The notes under the pieces were generated by a model that saw nothing but the letters and a program-made list of their open reading frames with translations, ran no database searches and was not told the DNA's origin. DNA of 60,668 nt, counting the filler, from Sphacelaria rigidula (lineage: Eukaryota): NCBI GenBank assembly GCA_964200075.2. It is 6 parts of 6 records of this genome, joined end to end, with 100 filler letters (N's around TTAATTAATTAA, not from the genome) between each part and the next. Parts side by side here need not be neighbours in the genome. Positions count along the whole stretch, not along the records: positions 50,642 to 60,668 come from CAXNAA020007300.1; 5 more parts are not named here. The stretch is one strand, 5' to 3'. A program made the position numbers and the translations under genes. This document shows, in pieces, positions 52,886 through 60,668 of the stretch (positions within the stretch are counted from its first letter, which is position 1; each line of letters begins with the position of its first letter).

Positions 52886-53724
52886 GTAGCCGCGCCCCGA
52901 TGGTCTATATCTGCTCCGTACGTGGCACATCAATCGTCAGCTGGGCCAGCGGAAGATTTATTTGTAAAATCCCGATAGATACGTGCACGGTGTTCTGTAG
53001 TGGAATCTGGTCCTCCGTCGTCGAAAGCCTGTAAGGACACGAATACGTAGCAGGAAAAAAACCCGACGAGAGTTGAAGGGGTGTGGGAGTGCAGGGCAGC
53101 TCCCAGTCCTCGATGTTAATCGTTGAAGTACGAGGCATATTAAACGAAAACCGACAAGAGTTGATGGACTGTTCGAAGATGGGATCCACCCTTATATTCG
53201 GAATGTAGAATTCATTGACATCCAGAAAGAACACGGCCCCTGTAGTCTTCAAATCGTCGATGCGCACCTCTCCTGAAAAATGACAACTTCTAACTTTCCA
53301 AAGTGCACGCGAGGAATCCAAAACATGTACGTTCCCAAGGGGGTGGAGATCCTACTTCGAGTATACATATGTCACAATGTCGATATTTCCCCAGTATTTC
53401 AGGGTCAAGGATCGGACGAATAATCGTCTGTCTGAAAAAAGTCATTGCTTTTAGCATTGTTGATTCGTACCGTAGGAATCAACCCTTGAACTCTGTGCTC
53501 AGCGTTGCACTCCTAGCACACGCACCGAAGGTGCGTAGAATGGCGCAAAAATTGCGTAGATATTTGTTCAACCCGCGGTCCGGTTTTTTTTTAATCTCTT
53601 CGAACAAATCAGGCCTCAGGAATCGTGATTTTGGTATGTGAACAATCGATGATTCGCTCGACCCTTGCAACGTTCGTTTCTGGCCCCCCAAAAATTAAAC
53701 GGCGACAAGTTAGGAACCGAAACA

Positions 53725-54038
53725 GGTATCAACAAGGTTTTCGTGAGATTGGGAGTTGATGATACGATTGAGAGTGAAAAGCGGTCAACTAGTGAATGAC
53801 CCGTTTCAGTTCCGAAATGTCCCTCCACGAGGCCCAATATGCTTTCTGTAGTAGCTTGCCACTGAGTCCCTTGATATCCCCGAGTAGGATATCGACGTGT
53901 AGCTGCAAGCACACGCCAGTGATATAGGCACGAAAAAATACACAACACAGAATGAAAAATTGGCCGAGTTAAAGCGAATGATCAAAGCCACTCTCAATCA
54001 GCACTCTACTCTCAATCTCACGAAAACGCTGTTTATCG
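53725..54038. mobile_element. ~310-bp MITE, same family as 48865-49160
   Basis: ggtatcaacaaggttttcgtgagattg / caatctcacgaaaacgctgtttatc. Confidence 0.75.
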
Positions 54039-54458
54039 TTGTTCTCGGCTTGATCGTCAAGCCGTACGCCTGCCAGAATTGGCGTAATCAAGCGAGAAAT
54101 CGCGTGTGTTGATTCTTTGTAGTGCAGAAGTGTGAAGCGGCACCAACGGGGTACCGCCACCAGAGGTCTTGTTCGGTGTCCCGGGTTAGTATGGAAGTAA
54201 TGTTACTGTTATTGTTACTATTAATGTTATTGTTTTTTTTGTCACGCCTAGAACCCCTCCGCTTCCTCAGGACGAGTCCGTGGTTTCAAGAGGATCAACC
54301 CATCTCTTCTTACTTCGGTGCACGCCTTGCATTCTTGGTCTCGCGGGTTGGGTCATGACTATCACCACTCCCGCACGGCGTCTAACTCTCGTCAAACAAA
54401 CTCAGCCAACTACTTTTAGTTTTACTCACGTTCTCGCGTTTTCGACGGTGAAAATTTG

Positions 54459-55011
54459 CAAGGTTGTATTCTGTAGGCTACGGGTACGTTCTGTAGGGTA
54501 TGGGATCCCTTACAGAACTCACAGAAATATCGGGTACGAGTATGAAAGTCTTTAATTATACAACCGTCGGGTACCGGTTTGAAGGTCTCACAGAAGTTAC
54601 AGAACTTGTCGCGTACGGTACGGGAGGCTTACAGAATACCATACCGGCAATCGGGTATTTCTATAAGGGCATACCCGCGCTCCGACTATGGGTAAACATT
54701 GTGCACAGAACTCACAGAACTGTCGGGCAATGGTGTGGGAGGCGTACGAAACTCACAAAAACTGTCGGGCAGGGTACGGAGGCAGCACAGAAAACCGTAC
54801 CGGCAACCCAGTATCTCATCAAGAGCATACCCGTGCCCCCGGTAACGGTACGGGAGGCTTACAGAACTCACAGAACTATCGGGTACGGGTATGAAAGACT
54901 TACATACTTTACAGAACTGTCGGGTACTGGTATGAAAGTGTCGGGTACGGTAAATACCTGCAAAAATATCCCGGATATACAGAAAACCGTACCCTACAGA
55001 ACACAACCTTG
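54459..55011. mobile_element. hAT-like MITE (553 bp) with ~41-bp internal repeats
   Basis: 25-bp TIRs caaggttgtattctgtaggctacgg / ccgtaccctacagaacacaaccttg; 8-bp TSD AAAATTTG/AACATTTG; repeated cagaactcacagaactgtcggg. Confidence 0.88.
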
Positions 55012-56058
55012 AACATTTGAATGACTTCGAGTGAAAAAAAAAAAACACTTCTGGTGGGAATCGAACCGATGAACACAAGCAAGAGAAAAAAAAGTGCTTG
55101 GATGACCGATCATACCGCACGGCGCAGTCCAGGCTGACTATACTTTCACGGTTGCATGGAACCTATCCGTTTTTGTCTTATTTTTTTGCTTCTGTTCTTA
55201 CATTTTGCGCAGGAGATTGTCATTCGGGTCAAGTACTGGGACTGAGCCGATGAGAGGTTTTGTAGAGATACAGGCTGGGCCGCCTACGAAGCGGACTTTC
55301 CTTCAGCCTGTTCTAACTGACTATCTATCGCGAGTTGTGCCTACTGTGACACATCGTGGTAATCTGCGAATCAACGCGCGTCTTTCACTTCACGTAGTAC
55401 TGCGATCTTACCATTTCCCATCAAACGAAATACCAAACTGTAGTCAGTTGGGGAGTGTTGAGAGTTGAGGGTGGCATGTGCGGCGGAATTAGGGGAAAAA
55501 AACGACTGAAATCGAACTTCGGTCACGGTCGGTTGTGCCGCGGCCGCAAAGTGATGGTGCTGCACTAGTTGTGGTTGTACAACAATGCATGTCGTACTGT
55601 ACGCACGCAGGGTCAGAGATGGCACGCAGACGAGTCCTTCAGCGCCCGGAGGCGTCGGGCTTGTAGAAAACGTGAAAGTTCCGGCTGAGGTTGTTATACT
55701 CTAAAAGCAAGTGAACCGGTTCTCGATAGAAAAACGCGATTCCACTGCTCAATTTGAGGTCGTTTTCCATGAGTTTTGGACACGATATACGTTAGGTATA
55801 TGTGAAACCCTTACCGTTTCCCCCTCTTTAATTATTTTTTTCCTCGTGAGTTATTGACGATCTAAATTTCGGAATAATGTTCTGGTACAAGAGCGTCGAC
55901 AACTCATTGAAAAAAAATGTCAAGGGGGGACAGTGGGGACTTCACCACATACCTCATGCGCATTGTGTACAAATATCGTGTAGAAATACTGAATTGAACA
56001 GGGTAGCCACGTTTCACTTTTTCGTGGCTGGTCCATCTCCACGTAAGAACCGGTCCTC

Positions 56059-56355
56059 GATGCGAACACGCGATTTAGCAGCTCAATTTTGGGTCGTTCT
56101 CTATGAATTTTTGACACGATGTACAGGATGTATGGGCGAAGACTTCACCCCCTGCCCCCCACATTTTGTTGTTTTTCTCCTCGAGTTATCGGCGACCAAA
56201 CGTTTCAGAACAGTTTGTTTCGGGACGAAATCATGAATAACTTAAAAAAAATGTAGGGGACAGAAGATAGAGTCTTCGTACATACGTCCTGTACGTCTTG
56301 TCAAAATTTCATAGAGAACGACCCAAAATTGAGCTGCTAAATCGCGTGTTCACAT
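56059..56355. mobile_element. Foldback MITE; a diverged relative lies directly upstream (about 55725-55990)
   Basis: gaacacgcgatttagcagctcaattttgggtcgttctctatgaa is inverted as ttcatagagaacgacccaaaattgagctgctaaatcgcgtgttc. Confidence 0.8.
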
Positions 56356-57324
56356 CCCTGTCCGCCTCTTGGGCGGCCTAACCTGTACAACGGCCTTTTT
56401 GCACTAGCTAGCGGTGAGGATTGTTTGCTCCTGTGATTCGTTTCTTGTCTCTCTGAAAATGTATTGGGGGGGTACCCAAGCCAATGTCATCTGTGCGGAA
56501 GATTTGAAGACTTTGTTCGTTGTGAGTGTGTCAGCTGTGCATTTGCTTGTTCTTTCCTGTTGCTCCTCCCTCCTCTACCTTTCGCATTTTTTTTTTCGTC
56601 GCCAGCGTGACTTTGTATGTCAGATTCCTTCACTTTCTTTGAATAGTTTTTTTTTCGAACACATCTTGATCCGGAAGGGGTTCGAACCAAAGTCTTCTGT
56701 TCACCTCACCGTTCAGTTTGGAGTCATCTATTTACGCCTTCATGTAAAAACTCATGGATCCTATACAGACGGGTTATTATAGTTTATTCAAGCCCTTCTA
56801 TAAGTAGCCGCCGAACCGTGACCAAGGTGGTCTGAATGAAAATGATACAACTGGAAAACTGGATTATTTTGTTGGGGAGGGAGATTGCGAGGCTTTGAGT
56901 CGCGATATATATATATATATAATATTGCTACTGAGAGGGAATACCTCATTTTTCGTCATTGAAAACGTGAGAATTCCAGTAGCAGAGAAAATGTGTTTGA
57001 CGAGAGTCGACGCATCGCCAGTGGGGGGGTGCTGGTTCAATTCGCGATGCTATACTTGTACCACAATGTCACGCATGTCTGTGTTTCACACGCTGGATAA
57101 TGACAATATATGGTCAACAGTTGCAGTAGGCTTATATTTTACCCAGTACATTTTTTGCCTATTGCAATTGATAACATTGTGTTTCTTGTCCAGGATGTGA
57201 TGTATTTACGGGGGGAGAGATGGGGTGGTCAGTTGAAATGACGGACTCGTCCCAGACGAAGCCCAGGGAGGGGGTAGAAAGTGTGATGAGAGTAAAAAAT
57301 TATGTATTCTTCGCATGTAAGGCC

Positions 57325-57764
57325 GCTGCTTATAACAGACAAAAAAAAGAATCTGAAAAAGTGCCTTTTTAAAGCTTCTGGGTCGTTTTACGCTCTAAAA
57401 GGGAGCTAGGCGGAGTTTGACACCTTGGGATGAATGGCTTGCTGTACTCGTCTAGGCGGTTCCAGGATATCTTCCTCCCATTCTCCGGTGGCCGCAGTTT
57501 TTATTTCGGCCAAACATGAATTTCAGTCCAAGAACGGTCGAATAAAACACAAAAAATCGCCATTTTTCTCCGGACTAGACCGTTGTTGAACAAAAATTCT
57601 TGTTTGGCCAAAATTAAACCTGCGGCCACCGAAGAACGGGAAGATGCCCCAGAACTACCTCAACGAGTAGAGCAAGTCATTCCAAGGTGTCAAACTCCGC
57701 CTAGCTCTCTTTTAGGGCGTGAAGGACATAGAAGATCCTTTTATTTTTGTCTGTTATAAGCAGG
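57325..57764. mobile_element. Foldback MITE with ~200-bp arms, flanked by GGCC
   Basis: ctgcttataacagacaaaaa / tttttgtctgttataagcag; gagctaggcggagtttgacaccttgg is inverted at 57682-57707; GGCC at 57321-57324 and 57765-57768. Confidence 0.85.
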
Positions 57765-58552
57765 GGCCGAATAACAGTATGATACTCGCCCCAACGAAGG
57801 TGGCATAATGTAGTACAGTACAAACATATGCTGCACAAGGGTGGATCGAATCACGTTTTTTTGGGAACAGTGTACGACTGACCAAAACGATACGATTACG
57901 ATTTCAGAAGCTCGCTTGTAACACTGCGCGCAACAGGGCACATGTATTCTTCTCTCATCCCCCCCCCCGCCCTCCCTGGTCCGGCAAAAACCAGGCGTGC
58001 TCCGTTCCGGCTTTGTATGGATTCGAGGTCAATGATCGTATGACGCATGACTACGGCGTGCAAGATCATGAGTACCCCCCCCCCCCCCCGCGCGCCCCAT
58101 TTGAGTCTCGTAATGATAAACAAGAGCTCCACGCACACGTACTTCTGTTCGTGATGTGTTTTTGTGTTATGTTCAAAAGGCATGGGAAAGAGCACACACA
58201 TCGCACGCCACAACTACCCCTCTGGAAGCGTTAATGGAGAAGTGACGATATAAACTCCCATATGCGAGCTTTCGTCACCGGGCAAACGTCACTTGGAGTT
58301 CAGAGCACGAATCTGTCACATCAGAATACTTGAACTGAGAGTGGTGTACCGTTTTGGTGGGCTGCATCAACACTCGCTTGCAGGAAAACGACCATATCTT
58401 GTGCTAGAGAACGTCCATTGTAAATCGTCACTTTTCCATCAACGGTCCCAAAAGAGATGATGAACTACTGTAATGGCTGCTGTTTTTTTTCCTGGCGGTG
58501 GTATACGCTAATTCATGCAAATGTGTCTGGGCCCTTGGGTGAGTGTTGACAG

Positions 58553-58753
58553 GCGAGGGACGCGGAAGACAGGCGGAACCAAAACACGGACCGGGGAAGG
58601 GCGAGGAGTAACAGCGGCAGACATATGGTCAACGGCGGTGCTCCCGGTGACATGGATGCCAAACACAAGGTGGCCAGCCTCAGGGCTCAGGTGGTGCAGA
58701 GGGACCACCGTATCCGCGGGCTGGAACAAAGCGTATCGACGAAGCTAGCAGAG
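58553..58753 (+). CDS. Next exon of the ankyrin/coiled-coil gene
   Basis: Branch-like gctaat at ~58507, acceptor tgacag|GCG, donor GAG|gtcagg, phase 0-0. Encodes ARDAEDRRNQ...KHKVASLRAQVVQRDHRIRGLEQSVSTKLAE (heptad pattern) and is in frame with 51383-51554. Confidence 0.7.
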
Positions 58754-58954
58754 GTCAGGGAGAATTTGGATGTTTCATCATCGTTTTATATTGTCACGTT
58801 TTCATTGAGAGTTATTTTTGTTTTTGTTGGTATCATCATTATTTATTTTTATTGTTCATGTGATTGTTCATGTTATTGTGAAACGGTGATTCCTCGACGG
58901 GCTCTTGTAGGAATGTTCCCCTTCTATGTGGTGGCCTACCCACATCACCCCTCT

Positions 58955-59535
58955 ATCCCCCTTAAAACTGAAACTGCGATTTCGGGTGGGAGACCTAAAC
59001 ATGTCAGAAAAAAGGAAGAGGTACACCGATAGTCGGGCGGAGGAGAAAGTAGATGACGCAGAATTTACCACGTGGCAAAGCCATAGAGTAGAACCCATAC
59101 GATGGCGGGAAGAGCGGGAAATGTTTGCGGGGGAAATATGAAAAATACATACGAATGTGGGATGGAATCGTTTGGTACATTAGACAGGAGCGAGAAAACG
59201 ATGGCTATACTAGGAGATAATTGGTGGCCACAGACGACGAAACAGCAAGGGGATTAGGGTACGTGAAATGTTTTTGCGTAATGTATGGAAAAAACGTATC
59301 GAGCACCCAAAGTTAGAGAGTAGAACTCGAATAGTAGCAGAATATGAACTATACAAGGAGGAACGGGACGTGTTGGAGAGGGAAATGTAGAAGGTAAACG
59401 AATATGGCATGAAATCGTTGGGTACATTAGACAGTTTTGTAGCGAGAAAACGATGGCTTTACTAGGAGATAGACGGTGGCCACATATGGCGAAAACAGGA
59501 AGGGGATAAGATATGTTGAAAAAAATCTTGTATTT
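58955..59535 (+). mobile_element. LINE ORF2 3' fragment, degenerate and internally duplicated
   Basis: LKLRFRVGDL..SEKRKRYT, ESRTRIVAEYELYKEERDVLE and SEKTMA.LGD.WWP motifs resemble the C-terminal zinc-finger region of brown-algal LINEs (from recall). ggtacattagacag occurs twice. Confidence 0.75.
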
Positions 59536-60186
59536 ATTGAAGAAACATGATGGTCGCCCAATTGTTGAATATGTCTCTATTAGAAGTAGGAACGGTGCTC
59601 TGTCTCAAGAGGGATACGTAGTCGATGGCCAAACGAAGGAAGGAGAAAGATGAGTACCCCCCCTCCCCACCCCCCGCTGATCTTTTATAGGCCTCTTTGT
59701 ACCTTATTTTAACGCGAAAATGCTTGTAGGGGTAACGATTTTCGCCGCGTAGCGGGGAGGATGTATACCTTTGGTCACACGTCTTCAAATTGCTGTTGAA
59801 ATAAAAATACGAACTCCCCGATGCAATATTTACTGAATTTCATCATCAATCAAACCTCCGTAAACGCCATCAGCTAGGGAGCTAAAACAAAAGACAGACA
59901 TGGAAACGGTTTGTGTGGGGTCGACTTATACCCCAAAACGTGCTATTTCGGTGATGTGGGGCCTAGGTGTTGTCAGATATCCGCTGATAATTTGCATGGA
60001 AGACCCAGAAAGTCTCCGACGGTTTCCCTTATACCCGTCGTGGAAAAGCTCAGATCATCCCCAAACTTGTCAGTTTGGTAGATATGGATGCTCCAAATGA
60101 CGAAAAAAAATCGTTAAAGAACAGTTCATGAATACAAAACACGTACAGGCTGGGCCAGCCGACAGTGACTTTTGAATGTATTTTGG

Positions 60187-60459
60187 GGATGCTGTGAGTA
60201 ATTCGAAGAGTTGGGCGCTGAAATTTTGACACAACATTTTTTATCATCACTACGCACAACAGTTCTCGAGGTGCATTGAAGAAACAAGAAAACAGGAAAT
60301 TAGAGCGATTTGAAGTTTCTGAAAAAAAACTAGAAAAATGCTATAACTCCGTGAAAAAGAAGAAACACGGATGCACCTCCAGAAATGTTGTGCGTAGTGA
60401 TGATAAAAATGTTGTGTCAAAATTTCAGCGCCTTACTCTTCGAATTACCCACAGCATCC
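60187..60459. mobile_element. MITE with ~75-bp TIRs
   Basis: ggatgctgtgagtaattcgaagag...actacgcacaaca / tgttgtgcgtagtgatgataaaaatgttgtgtcaaaatttcagcgcc...cacagcatcc. TSD unclear. Confidence 0.8.
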
Positions 60460-60478
60460 AATTTTTCGTGTAGCACCC

Positions 60479-60548
60479 GGTTGTCAAACTGGTAGAACCG
60501 CCTCTTAGTACAGAGGTCACGAGTTCGGATCCCGACCCGACTATTTTT
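60479..60548 (+). pseudogene. tRNA-derived sequence (pseudo-tRNA or SINE head)
   Basis: A-box-like tgtcaaactgg, stem cctct-tagtac-agagg, B-box-like gagttcggatccc, ggttg/cgacc closing stem, then a T-run. The loop is 6 nt, so it is not a canonical tRNA. Confidence 0.4.
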
Positions 60549-60668
60549 GTTTCGCGCATAATCTAGCATAGCGCCTTGCATCTGGGAGGTGTATAGCGCG
60601 GTTTGAGGTAGTACTTCTCCCTCTTACGGTGGTGAATGACCGTCGGCTGGGAGGTTCTCTTCCATGAT

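Noticed and set aside
9726-58753. A multi-gene system linking the SDR, orphan gene, transposase and ankyrin gene
   Set aside because: They lie on different, artificially joined contigs.
55030-60548. Functional tRNA genes at B-box-like motifs (about 55057, 56680 and 60521; also 36390)
   Set aside because: None folds into a full cloverleaf with a 7-nt anticodon loop, so they are treated as relics.

Overview
Eukaryotic, transposon-dense nuclear DNA, probably from a brown alga. That assignment is an inference from the LINE ORF2 C-terminus, the ankyrin exon style and the long TE-filled intron. The window is not one locus. It is six unrelated contigs sorted by length (10029, 10029, 10028, 10028, 10027 and 10027 bp), joined by 100-nt N spacers that carry the six-frame stop linker TTAATTAATTAA. 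Contig 1 holds a decayed chromodomain Ty3/Gypsy element lacking its RT and RNase H cores, with mismatched LTRs, plus the last exon of an SDR gene. Contig 2 holds a ~446-bp tandem array with a Sola2-like MITE inside it, and an acidic exon. Contig 3 holds a spliced orphan pseudogene. Contig 4 is mostly degraded repeats. Contig 5 holds a PIF/Harbinger transposase relic split by a 1.76-kb element with 352-bp TIRs and a 4-bp TSD. Contig 6 holds two exons of an ankyrin/coiled-coil gene separated by a 7-kb intron packed with MITEs. I found no rRNA, intact tRNA, CRISPR array or prokaryotic system, and I cannot support a new biological system here. The best leads are the unclassified long-TIR transposon family, the RT-less Gypsy, the orphan gene and the helically phased repeat periods. 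All protein assignments are by eye; no database searches were run.
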